A stretch of DNA of 64,000 nucleotides from an uncultured delta proteobacterium (lineage in GTDB: Bacteria > Desulfobacterota > Binatia > UBA9968). The position numbers and the translations under genes are program-made. Location: NCBI GenBank assembly GCA_963727625.1, contig CAVSHR010000014.1:32889-96888 (forward strand). The letters are read 5' to 3'. The notes beneath the pieces are model-generated. The model was not told the origin of the DNA. It ran no database searches and saw only the letters and a list, made by a program, of their open reading frames with translations. Shown piece by piece: positions 11,506 to 20,122 of the stretch; the stretch's first letter is position 1; the number at the start of each line of letters is the position of its first letter.

Positions 11506-11573
11506 CCATGGGGTCGGGAGATGAATCGGGGGCGTTGCGCAGTAGGGATCCGATCAAATCAGGTGGAAGCAAT

Positions 11574-11924
11574 ATGACGCGCGAAACGAACCGGCCTGGC
11601 GAAAAACCGCAGTTCGACGAACGCGCCAGTGAGGATAACTATTTCGCCGCGAAAGAACATGAGCTGGTCGATGATATGAAAGCCGAGTATCGAAGAGACG
11701 AAGCGGCCCGGCGAGAGGCGCAGATGGCCACTTGCCCCAAGTGTTCTGGAAAATTCGCAAAATACAAGTTTCTGGGGTTCGATTTGGATCGCTGCGAAAA
11801 CTGTGAAGGGATCTGGCTTAACAAAGGCGAGCTCGCCTTGATTTTGCGACAGCAGGCGCGCGGTCCACTGGGAGTCTTCCTCGATCGATGTTTCTCCAAG
11901 AGTGAAAAACGAAAGACAAGTTAA
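11574..11924 (+). CDS. zf-TFIIB-type zinc-ribbon protein
   Basis: CPKC...DRCENCEGIWLNKGEL with N-terminal EDNYFA helix. Confidence 0.8.
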   Translation: MTRETNRPGEKPQFDERASEDNYFAAKEHELVDDMKAEYRRDEAARREAQMATCPKCSGKFAKYKFLGFDLDRCENCEGIWLNKGELALILRQQARGPLGVFLDRCFSKSEKRKTS

Positions 11925-12046
11925 ATAGAGCTTCGCCGGCCTTACCATCGCGTTGTCATGCCCGCGTGCGCGAACATGACGACGAAGCAATGACTTGTTT
12001 AACGATTCTACCCTGACCCTGATCCACGGGCAGTCACACCCGCGTT

Positions 12047-12397
12047 TTATGGGGTTTTGTCGGTTAGATGCTTGGCGCAAGCCGCGGCAACTTGACTCTC
12101 GGGTTTATCTTCACCCGGCATGATCGCCCAGCTCTGGGTCTCTATATAGCGGCCCTTGTCCCAAGAATCTTTTCCCTTCATTTCCTGGAGCTTCTGGACC
12201 TTCTCCGCGTCTCGGTTGAGCTGCGCGACACAAATTGCTCCGAGGCGGTCGGCGACCGCATCGGCAGCGGTCTCTTTGGCCATTGCCGCGGCAGTGCCGC
12301 TCGTAACCCATCCGCCATACTTGAATCCGACAAGAGCTAATACGGCCGCGCCACCGATGGCACTCCACGAACCCAGCTTAATTTTTTCCCAATCCAT
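12047..12397 (-). CDS. Conserved hypothetical membrane-anchored protein
   Basis: GGAGGTG RBS; TM segment ending GFKYGGWVT; two conserved-looking Cys (ICV, AAAC). Confidence 0.75.
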   Translation of the reverse strand: MDWEKIKLGSWSAIGGAAVLALVGFKYGGWVTSGTAAAMAKETAADAVADRLGAICVAQLNRDAEKVQKLQEMKGKDSWDKGRYIETQSWAIMPGEDKPESQVAAACAKHLTDKTP

Positions 12398-12545
12398 GAG
12401 ACACCTCCCTAAAACCCGGGTTTTGAACACGCAGGTTTAATTCTCCGCAGCAGTGACAGATCCAATAGTCGGAAGACTGTTTTGCGGCGGAACATTCATC
12501 GCAATCGCCGCAATGCTGATGGCGGCAATAATCGCAAAAAGGCAT
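12378..12545 (-). CDS. Small Cys-rich putative metal-binding protein (55 aa)
   Basis: MPFCDYCRHQHCGDCDEC...WICHCCG; AGAAGG RBS; lies just downstream of a predicted promoter. Confidence 0.5.
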   Translation of the reverse strand: MPFCDYCRHQHCGDCDECSAAKQSSDYWICHCCGELNLRVQNPGFREVSHGLGKN

Positions 12546-12597
12546 GGCACCTTCTTTCATCCACGCGATCGTTGGTCTGGAGTCTATTCAAAAATCT

Positions 12598-12639
12598 ATG
12601 ATGCGCCGACTCAGCGGCGGTTGCTGTCTAATATTGGAC
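12598..12639 (-). promoter_or_regulatory. Crp-type box (12626-12639) plus -10 CATCAT
   Basis: Minus strand GTCCAATATTAGAC-N22-CATCAT. Confidence 0.75.
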
Positions 12640-12689
12640 ATTCTTGAAAAAGAATTTTCACGCCAATCTCACTTATTATTTACAAAAGC

Positions 12690-12731
12690 GTTCAAAATTA
12701 GACCGTAATCACCACCGCGGCAGGCTAGGGT
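12690..12731 (+). promoter_or_regulatory. Crp-type box plus -10 TAGGGT, upstream of nfeD-floA
   Basis: GTTCAAAATTAGAC-N22-TAGGGT. Confidence 0.75.
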
Positions 12732-12896
12732 CGCTCTGAAGGGAAATAACGGATCATGCGGGCGTGGTTTGCTCGGACCAATCGGCCTCCGGCTGAGCTT
12801 TCCCTATCTATATTTTGATTTATGGGTAGTGAAATTATAAGAAGGGGCGGCAGGATGTGCTATTTAAGAGCGGGACGGTAAAGAGCCGGTGGTATC

Positions 12897-14333
12897 TTGA
12901 TCCGAGCCGACGCTTGCGCCGCGGCAGAAGCGTGCTTCATGCGTGTGATTCAAAATCAAAGCAGATGGGCCGGATTACTGTCGATCGTCGGACTCGGCTT
13001 GATGGCCATGCTGGGATCGAGCGGGTTGGTCTTTGCGCAGAAGCCCACCGTGGTGGTTTACGTCGCGCCGATTGAGGGGATGATCGATCTCGGGCTCGCG
13101 CCTTTCGTTCAGCGGGTTTTAAACGAAGCAACACGAGCAGGCGCCGCGGCGGTCATTCTCGAGATCAATACCTTCGGCGGCCGCGTCGATGCGGCTGTGC
13201 TTATTCGTGACGCTTTGCTGAACGCCCGGGTGCTGACCGTGGTCTTCGTCAACAAAAGAGCCATTTCTGCCGGGGCGCTGATCAGTTTGGCCGCCGAGAA
13301 AATCGCGATCGCCAACGGCGGAACCATCGGCGCCGCAACGCCGGTGCAAATGGGGCAGCCGGGCGCACCCGCGCAGCCAGTGGCAGAGAAGACGGTTTCC
13401 TATGTACGAAAGGAGTTTCGCGCCACCGCCGAGGCGCGAAAGCGTCCTCCGCTTATCGCCGAGGCGATGGTGGATGCGGATGTGGAAATTCCCGGCCTCA
13501 TTCAAAAAGGCAAGCTGCTGACGCTCACCACCGAGGAAGCTTTGAAGCATAAGGTTGCGGATTTTCGCGCCGAGACTATCGATAGTGTATTGGAACAGCT
13601 AGGTCTTGCGGGAGCACAGGCCAGGCGGGTGGCGCCCAACTGGGCGGAGGGCCTTGTCCGCTTCCTAACCGATCCCATTGTCAGTTCGCTACTCATGACC
13701 GTCGGAATGATCGGCATCTTTCTGGAAATCCGCACGCCCGGCTTTGGCTTGCCGGGTGCGCTCGGTATCGCAAGCCTCGGGCTTTTCTTTTGGGGCCATT
13801 GGCTGGTTCAGCTTGCGGGCTGGGAAGAGCTGTTGCTGGTGGCGTCTGGGTTTATGCTTCTGGTCCTAGAAATTTTTGTTATTCCAGGCTTTGGTCTCGC
13901 CGGAATCTTTGGGATCGGCGCGCTCCTCGCCGGCCTTGGCCTGAGCCTGATCGGCGGCGGCGCCACCTGGGAGTTCGTCGCCCTGGCGATGGGGCAAGTG
14001 TTAATTTCAGTCTTTTTGGCCCTCGCGGCGAGCCTCTTGGTGCTGCGTTTCTTACCGCGCCTGCCATTTGGGAGGCAGCTGATCCTGCAAACCGGCCTTG
14101 CCGCGGGCAAGGGGTATGCTTCGGCGCCAGAGAGCGATAACAAATGGCTTGGCAAAAACGGCACGGCGTTCTCGCCGCTGCGACCGGCGGGGATCGCGGA
14201 GATTGACGGTGAGCGTGTGGATGTCGTCTCCGACGGCGAATTCATCGATGCCGGAATGGCGATTGTGGTGACCCGCGTCGATGGCAATCGGATCGTCGTG
14301 CGGCGACACCGCAGCTTAACAGAAGGGAGTTGA
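12897..14333 (+). CDS. nfeD: Long NfeD family membrane-bound serine protease-like protein (YqeZ/NfeD1b type); start probably 12939
   Basis: [21 protein letters not shown] ClpP-like domain, TM region, C-terminal LRPAG...[12 protein letters not shown] fold. Confidence 0.92.
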   Translation: MIRADACAAAEACFMRVIQNQSRWAGLLSIVGLGLMAMLGSSGLVFAQKPTVVVYVAPIEGMIDLGLAPFVQRVLNEATRAGAAAVILEINTFGGRVDAAVLIRDALLNARVLTVVFVNKRAISAGALISLAAEKIAIANGGTIGAATPVQMGQPGAPAQPVAEKTVSYVRKEFRATAEARKRPPLIAEAMVDADVEIPGLIQKGKLLTLTTEEALKHKVADFRAETIDSVLEQLGLAGAQARRVAPNWAEGLVRFLTDPIVSSLLMTVGMIGIFLEIRTPGFGLPGALGIASLGLFFWGHWLVQLAGWEELLLVASGFMLLVLEIFVIPGFGLAGIFGIGALLAGLGLSLIGGGATWEFVALAMGQVLISVFLALAASLLVLRFLPRLPFGRQLILQTGLAAGKGYASAPESDNKWLGKNGTAFSPLRPAGIAEIDGERVDVVSDGEFIDAGMAIVVTRVDGNRIVVRRHRSLTEGS

Positions 14334-14334
14334 A

Positions 14335-15315
14335 ATGGGTGGTCTCGAAACCGGATTAACCGGCGGTTTCGCGCTGCTATTGATGCTGATCGTGGGGTTG
14401 GTTTTTGTCTTGTACCTGGTCCCCATCCCGCTCTGGATTGCCGCTTGGGCATCGGGGGCATACGTCGGGCTCTTCACGCTCATCGGCATGCGCCTGCGCC
14501 GAGTGCCGCCCGGCACCGTGATCACGGCGCGGATAAGCTCGGTGAAAGCCGGTTTGGACATTCCCCTCAACGATCTCGAAGCCCATTATTTGGCCGGCGG
14601 CAACGTTGTCAGGGTCGTGAACGCCATGATCTCCGCGGACAAGGCGAATATTCCCTTGGTGTTTAAGCGGGCCGCCGCCATCGACCTGGCAGGGCGCGAT
14701 GTCTTGGAAGCGGTGAAGATGTCGGTCATTCCCAAAGTTATCGAAACCCCGAAGATCGCCGCCATCGCCAAAAACGGCATCCAGCTCATCGCAGTTTCTC
14801 GTGTCACGGTCCGCACGAACATTGACCGGCTGGTGGGCGGCGCCGGCGAGGAGACCATCATTGCCCGGGTTGGAGAAGGCATGGTGAGCACCATCGGCTC
14901 CGCCGAATCGCACAAGGACGTTCTCGAAAACCCCGATCATATTTCTAAGCATGTGCTTGGCAAAGGATTGGACGCCGGGACCGCCTATGAGATTCTTTCG
15001 ATCGATATCGCGGACGTCGACGTGGGCGACAACATCGGCGCCAAGCTGCAAATCGATCAGGCCAACGCCGATAAGCAAATCGCTCAAGCCAAGGCCGAAG
15101 AGCGGCGCGCCATGGCCGTGGCTTTGGAACAAGAGATGCGGGCGCGCGTGGTCGAGGCGGAAGCCGAAGTCCCGCGCGCCATGGCCGAAGCTTTTCGCCA
15201 AGGCAATCTCGGCATCATGGATTATTACCGCATGAAAAACGTTCAAGCCGACACGTCGATGCGCGATGCCATCGCGGAGAGCGACGACGATCCGTCGACG
15301 GGCCAGAAACGCTAG
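14335..15315 (+). CDS. floA: Flotillin-like protein FloA (YqfA family)
   Basis: [46 protein letters not shown]. Confidence 0.95.
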   Translation: MGGLETGLTGGFALLLMLIVGLVFVLYLVPIPLWIAAWASGAYVGLFTLIGMRLRRVPPGTVITARISSVKAGLDIPLNDLEAHYLAGGNVVRVVNAMISADKANIPLVFKRAAAIDLAGRDVLEAVKMSVIPKVIETPKIAAIAKNGIQLIAVSRVTVRTNIDRLVGGAGEETIIARVGEGMVSTIGSAESHKDVLENPDHISKHVLGKGLDAGTAYEILSIDIADVDVGDNIGAKLQIDQANADKQIAQAKAEERRAMAVALEQEMRARVVEAEAEVPRAMAEAFRQGNLGIMDYYRMKNVQADTSMRDAIAESDDDPSTGQKR

Positions 15316-15340
15316 GCTCAAGTCGCTTTAGGGGATTGTA

Positions 15341-15685
15341 ATGAACAATTTTAGTGTCGGACTGATCATCCTCCTGATGCTGTTCATTTTGATACCGCTG
15401 GCTAATTATGTCCTGAAGCGAATGCAACGGCGATTCGAACAGCCCGGTCCGGCGCGGCAACCGATGCCGGATATGGGCGTCCGCAGGCAGGCGGCGCGGG
15501 TGGCCACGCCCGCATCCGCCGCCCCTCGCGAACGAACACAGGCGGCGCCACCCGACCCCATAGTCGCGTCACCGCGAAGCCGCTGGTCGAGGAAGACGCT
15601 ATTCAGAACCCGGCGCGATGTGCGGCGGGTCATTGTCGCGATGACGGTCCTGGGACCCTGCCGTGCTTACGACCCACCCGGCTAG
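15341..15685 (+). CDS. Hypothetical membrane protein in the YqfB position of the nfeD-floA operon
   Basis: N-terminal TM segment; C-terminal VRRVIVAMTVLGPCRA resembles YqfB-type tails. Confidence 0.6.
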   Translation: MNNFSVGLIILLMLFILIPLANYVLKRMQRRFEQPGPARQPMPDMGVRRQAARVATPASAAPRERTQAAPPDPIVASPRSRWSRKTLFRTRRDVRRVIVAMTVLGPCRAYDPPG

Positions 15686-15729
15686 ATCCACCTAGACTTA
15701 TTTTATGTCCTTTAAAGTTGCCCGCGCAC

Positions 15730-16203
15730 TTACGCAAGGCGTAACTGCGCGAGCGATGCGCGGGCCGGTCCGCCGCCGATATTTGGAACGATGTTTAGTT
15801 CGAGTGTGGTCACCCCGTCAAGATCCACAGGATAATCCTCGCGCTCGCGGGTCGTGCCGGCAGGGCTGAAATTATATTGCTGACGCACGATTTCCCGATA
15901 GGACTGCCCGCCGTTTGACGACCAGCGCAGGACAAACTGTTGAGTGCGCTCCAACTCATCTTCGTGAAACTCCAAATGCAGACGCTTGATTCTCTGTGGC
16001 TGGTTAAATACCAGACGCACGGTTTGCGGTCCCGGTTGCGCTGCTCGCCAACCCGATTCGCTTCCGGGCAGCAATCCCGATTCGATGGGATGCGCTGCGT
16101 CCTCCGAGGTCACTTCCACCTGAGCTAAAGCTTCCATGTTCAACCACTGCTGATTCGAGGGTGATGCATCTTGAGTGTCCTGACCGATGATCCTTTTGAG
16201 CAT
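15730..16203 (-). CDS. Galactose-binding/F5-8-like carbohydrate-binding domain protein
   Basis: VEVTSED..HPIE...GWRAA.PG.QT.RL.F, RTQQFVLRWS, QQYNFSP; GAGGAGG RBS. Confidence 0.75.
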   Translation of the reverse strand: MLKRIIGQDTQDASPSNQQWLNMEALAQVEVTSEDAAHPIESGLLPGSESGWRAAQPGPQTVRLVFNQPQRIKRLHLEFHEDELERTQQFVLRWSSNGGQSYREIVRQQYNFSPAGTTREREDYPVDLDGVTTLELNIVPNIGGGPARASLAQLRLA

Positions 16204-16402
16204 AGCTTACCTCCTCACGATCGATTGTCATTAGATTCATCGAGTGTGCGCTTTTATTCGCGTGCATGAAAGAGCGTCCCTCCGCTCAAGAGAGCCAAAT
16301 TTTGGACCTCAAGCGGTTACTCTGAGTTATCGCGCGGTTAAGAGGCCACGGCTCTGACGGCAGATTGGCCCAACATTGTCTGTGATAATTCTTTTTCAAT
16401 CG

Positions 16403-16444
16403 ATTCAATATGAGACGGCAACTCGGCGATCGGTCGACTAAGCT
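16403..16444 (+). promoter_or_regulatory. Degenerate Crp-type box plus -10 TAAGCT
   Basis: ATTCAATATGAGAC-N22-TAAGCT with T-rich upstream flank. Confidence 0.5.
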
Positions 16445-16603
16445 CAGCTGGAAACAAGGACAACTTAACGACCCTTGCACTAGCAATACTCCCGCAGCCA
16501 CTAGAGCATAAGCGATGGGGCGTCGTTGTTTTATAGTTCCCGATTCTATCTGGCTAAAACGCCTCCAGGATAAAATTATTAGGCAGTCATTGTTTGTAAA
16601 GCC

Positions 16604-16645
16604 GTCCACTATTGGACAGCAATCATCGCCAAGTCCGCATAGGGT
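16604..16645 (+). promoter_or_regulatory. Crp-type box plus -10 TAGGGT
   Basis: GTCCACTATTGGAC-N22-TAGGGT. Confidence 0.7.
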
Positions 16646-17166
16646 GGCGTGGGCTCGATCTGGTTGATTTCGAGCTTTGCGTATTGGTGTGGAATTTAGC
16701 TTTATATTTTAGGATGAACAACGACTACTGAAACACAGCCCGGAACGAGTATTGGGTTCAAGCCGGCGCAAACAGTACGCCCGGCCTTCTGGCTGGTGCT
16801 TAGCGGCGTGACGCTGTTTCAAGTATTCGGCCAGGGCGACACCATGCAGAAAGCGCGCGACAGTATCTTCGATCAGATTCAGAGCGAGTGTAGGTCGCGG
16901 GTTATTGAGCTCATCCACAGGCAGGAGAATCAGAGTCTACTATTTGGCGTACAAGTATCGACCACAAGTCTTCTCCCCGATCGCGATTGCTTGATCTCTG
17001 AATTTTGTCAACCTTGCGATTTCTCGCCCTCCCATATTGTCAACAGTGAGAAGTCTGAGAACGTAAACGTCGGAAGAATCACGCAATTCCAAACAGCAGG
17101 AACCTTGCATCGAAATTGCTCTACGTAGGTAGACAAAGGGGTAGCCATACCAAGGAGGAGGTCAAA

Positions 17167-17394
17167 ATGAAAAAATTAATGTTGGGGTTGGTGATGCTAG
17201 TTGGTCTTGGTCAAAGCGGTTGCATGTTCTTGGGGGGAGCGGCATTAGGCGCCGCCGGCACAGGAGGCGCTTACGAATATAACGCCCATCAGCAGATGGA
17301 GAAGCTGGACGCGGATTATAAAGCCGAGAGAATTTCTCGCGCAGAATACGACGCGCGGAAAAAACAGATTGAGGCAGGATCGATCATTTATTAA
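17167..17394 (+). CDS. Small glycine-zipper lipoprotein (paralog of 39871)
   Basis: AGGAGG RBS, lipobox-like QSGC, ends GSIIY. Confidence 0.85.
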   Translation: MKKLMLGLVMLVGLGQSGCMFLGGAALGAAGTGGAYEYNAHQQMEKLDADYKAERISRAEYDARKKQIEAGSIIY

Positions 17395-17500
17395 CCGCTC
17401 GCGGGGCTTCGTTGCTCGCATATTCGTTACTTGTTGACTGGTTTATTCGAAGCAACAGGTAACCAAGAACGAGCGACGCTAAAACAAAAGGAGGTAATTT

Positions 17501-17812
17501 ATGGTGCGGGCACTCAAGAGGTTGGCAGTTGCGTTGGCCGTTCTGTTCTTTATGACCGGCTGCCAAGCCATGACCGGTCAGACCGTGGGCGAGAGCATGG
17601 ACGATTCGGTTATTACGAGCTCGGTGAAGACCCAACTCGCAACAGACAAAATTGCCACCCTGACGCGCGTGGAAGTTGAAACCAATAATGGGACTGTCTA
17701 TCTGACCGGCCAAGTCCGGACCGCCGAAGAGAGGTCCCACATTGGGTCGCTTGCGCGCCAGGTAAAGGGCGTCAAACGGGTCGTCAATAACCTGCAAGTC
17801 ATCAACCGTTAG
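17501..17812 (+). CDS. BON-domain lipoprotein
   Basis: MTGC lipobox; DDSVITSSVKTQL, VETNNGTVYLTG, VKGVKRVVNNL. Confidence 0.92.
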   Translation: MVRALKRLAVALAVLFFMTGCQAMTGQTVGESMDDSVITSSVKTQLATDKIATLTRVEVETNNGTVYLTGQVRTAEERSHIGSLARQVKGVKRVVNNLQVINR

Positions 17813-17857
17813 AGCAGACTGGATCAGCGTGAGCGTAACAAGAGAGAGGGTGAAGGC

Positions 17858-18157
17858 ATGAGAACCAACGGTGAATCGAAATTCTCCTACTTGCTTATCG
17901 GTCTGGGACTAGGGGCCATCGGCGGGCTGATGGCTGCGCTGCTCGCGCGCCAAGAAACGCGGGATCTGCTGCACGAACGCAGCAGTAAGACTCTCGATTA
18001 TCTGAATCAGCAGGGGAAGAAGCTGCGCGAGACCGCCGAAGGAATCGTCGAAAAAGGCAAGGAACTCGTGACTCATCGCTGCTGCTCGGATGACGTGGAT
18101 ATGGATGCCGAAACACAGGCCCACCAGGAAGACAAGCGAGAAACATCGGGAGGGTAG
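17858..18157 (+). CDS. YtxH-domain protein
   Basis: LLIGLGLGAIGG..ALLA..ETR followed by a coiled tail. Confidence 0.75.
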   Translation: MRTNGESKFSYLLIGLGLGAIGGLMAALLARQETRDLLHERSSKTLDYLNQQGKKLRETAEGIVEKGKELVTHRCCSDDVDMDAETQAHQEDKRETSGG

Positions 18158-18186
18158 GCCGGCCGGATTTTTTACGGGGAGGCTTT

Positions 18187-18414
18187 ATGAACAAATTCAG
18201 AAGGGTCGTCTGTGGGGCGGCAATCCTGGGTTTCATGTTGGTATCCAGCGGCTGTCCGTGGGGGTATCGCGACGGTGACCGTTGGTATGACAGGGGTGAC
18301 ACTCGCTCCGACAGATATGATCGGGATCGAGATCGGGACCAAGACCGAGATCGGGATTGGACCAGGGATAGGGATGGCGACCGAGACAGTGGATACCCAC
18401 GGCGGGACCGATAG
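18187..18414 (+). CDS. Small lipoprotein with Asp-Arg dipeptide repeats
   Basis: GGAGG RBS, VSSGC lipobox, (DR)n tail. Confidence 0.75.
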   Translation: MNKFRRVVCGAAILGFMLVSSGCPWGYRDGDRWYDRGDTRSDRYDRDRDRDQDRDRDWTRDRDGDRDSGYPRRDR

Positions 18415-18528
18415 GATCTGGCATGAAATCGCCCGCGAGCCGGAGAGGAGACTGCTGAAGAGGCGTGGGGGGAAGAGAAGGGTTGGAGGAGACCGTAGAG
18501 GGTGGATTTGTCGGAAAGGAGTTGGAAC

Positions 18529-18678
18529 ATGGTGTGGACGATTTTTGTGATTTTATTGATCATGTGGGCGCTGGGACTGGTCACTTCGTACACGATGGGA
18601 GGATTCATTCATATTTTATTGGTCCTCGCCGTGTTGATGCTGGTGATCAATCTGGTTCAGGGGCGAAGGGTCTGGTAG
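18529..18678 (+). CDS. lmo0937/DUF5670 family small membrane protein (49 aa, not in ORF track)
   Basis: MVWTIFVILLIMWALGLVTSYTMGGFIHILLVLAV...QGRRVW; AAGGAG RBS. Confidence 0.9.
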   Translation: MVWTIFVILLIMWALGLVTSYTMGGFIHILLVLAVLMLVINLVQGRRVW

Positions 18679-18711
18679 CCGTTTTGGCTTCGTGACCAAG
18701 GAAGGGAATGT

Positions 18712-18939
18712 ATGAGTCTCAAACCGATAACGCTTGTGGGGATCGTTCTGATCGTACTGGGGATCGTAGCTTTCGCGTACCAGGGCATCACCTACACCAG
18801 CCGCGAGAAGGTTATCGACATTGGTCCGTTTCACGCCACCGCCGAGACCCAGAAGACCATCCCGCTTTCACCTCTGTTGGGCGGGTTGGCGCTGGTCGGT
18901 GGAATCGTGTTGGTCGTGGTCGGAGCCAAGAAGGCGTAG
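18712..18939 (+). CDS. DUF3185-like small membrane protein
   Basis: GIVLIVLGIVAFAYQGITYTSREKVIDIGP...TIPLSPLLGG. Confidence 0.85.
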   Translation: MSLKPITLVGIVLIVLGIVAFAYQGITYTSREKVIDIGPFHATAETQKTIPLSPLLGGLALVGGIVLVVVGAKKA

Positions 18940-18981
18940 TTGAACTTGGGGGATTGTCCACCCAATTGGCGACAAGGATAC

Positions 18982-19758
18982 ATGCTGATGATTCAACGGA
19001 CTCCTGGAGCCGACCCGTTCAAAGAGCAACTGCGTGAGTCCTTGCAGCGCGAGGCGGTAAATTCCCGCGCCGTCACGATTGCCCGGCACGCCAACGTCTA
19101 CAGCTGCGGCGACCAAGACCAGACGGTCTACTTCATTGAGAGCGGCCAGATCAAACTGCTCATGCTCTCGCCCGAGGGTAAAGAATGCCTGCTCGCCATC
19201 CACAGCGCGGGAGATATTTTCGGCGAGTTATGTCTATCCGGCTCGGGCTCGCGACCGGAAACCGCCACCGCGATGGAAGAAACGGTTTTAAAGAAAATGC
19301 CATACGGCCAGTTTTTCGAACGCTTGAGCCGGGACGGGCTGCTTGAGGGGTTTGTCAGATACCTGGCCCTGCGCATCGCCGAGCAACAGCAGGTGATCGC
19401 CAATCTGGTGACGGTGGACAGCGAGCAGCGCTTGGGTAAGACGCTGTTGCAGTTGGCGCGCACGCTGGGCAAGAGAGACCAACGGAGCACGCGCATCGAG
19501 CTGAAGATATCCCATGAAGAGTTGTCCGAGATGGTCGGCACGACGCGGCCGCGGATCAGTTTGTTTATGCAACGCTTTCGCAACCTCGGGTTGATGGCGA
19601 GCAACCTGGATCGCTTTCTGGTTGTTGATGAAAAGAAGCTCACCGATTATCTGGCTCGGATTGCCATCGCCCCCGGGCGGGTCTGCGCCCGTCGCAATAC
19701 TTCTATTCAGAATCGTTCAGAATTGGACAGAGATCTCTTGGGAGTCAGGGTAAGTTAA
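18982..19758 (+). CDS. Crp/Fnr family transcriptional regulator (copy 1, C-terminally extended)
   Basis: YFIESGQIKL, GDIFGELCL, R.ETATA, HTH HEELSEMVGTTRPRISLFM. Confidence 0.95.
   Translation: MLMIQRTPGADPFKEQLRESLQREAVNSRAVTIARHANVYSCGDQDQTVYFIESGQIKLLMLSPEGKECLLAIHSAGDIFGELCLSGSGSRPETATAMEETVLKKMPYGQFFERLSRDGLLEGFVRYLALRIAEQQQVIANLVTVDSEQRLGKTLLQLARTLGKRDQRSTRIELKISHEELSEMVGTTRPRISLFMQRFRNLGLMASNLDRFLVVDEKKLTDYLARIAIAPGRVCARRNTSIQNRSELDRDLLGVRVS
19715..19756 (+). promoter_or_regulatory. Crp-type box plus -10 TAAGTT, upstream of DUF3309
   Basis: GTTCAGAATTGGAC-N22-TAAGTT. Confidence 0.72.
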
Positions 19759-19781
19759 ATTGAATAAGGCGGTAACTTCCT

Positions 19782-19931
19782 ATGGGACTGATATTGTTGA
19801 TCGTCTTACTTCTCCTGGTGTTTGGCGGTCTGCCCAACTGGGGATATCACTCCTATGGTTACGCTCCCTCGGGCATCCTGGGGACGATACTGATTATCGT
19901 CCTGATTCTGTTCTTGTTGGGCCGAATTTAA
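19782..19931 (+). CDS. DUF3309 family small membrane protein (49 aa, not in ORF track)
   Basis: MGLILLIVLLLLVFGGLPNWGYHSYGYAPSGILG...LLGRI. Confidence 0.9.
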   Translation: MGLILLIVLLLLVFGGLPNWGYHSYGYAPSGILGTILIIVLILFLLGRI

Positions 19932-20122
19932 GGGTGCTCGGGGTCTCGTAGGGTCTAGTGGCGATACCCACAAAACATCGCCGCAAACCTCTACGAAGGG
20001 TGAACCGAAGGCTTGTTCAAACAAATCGAAATCCATGGACAGCGAGGTATAGCTTTCAACGGCAAGAGGAAAAATCGGTTCAGGTAGTAGCGGAGGTGTG
20101 GCATTTCAACTGGGAGACTCAG

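Noticed and set aside
10027-15321. Long antisense ORFs (10027-10890 and 14377-15321; similarly 43088-43966)
   Set aside because: Typical high-GC shadows opposite ftsH, floA and the MlaF-family gene.
18270-18410. GAYCGR hexamer repeats as a non-coding VNTR or mini-CRISPR
   Set aside because: They are explained by the Asp-Arg codons of a lipoprotein.
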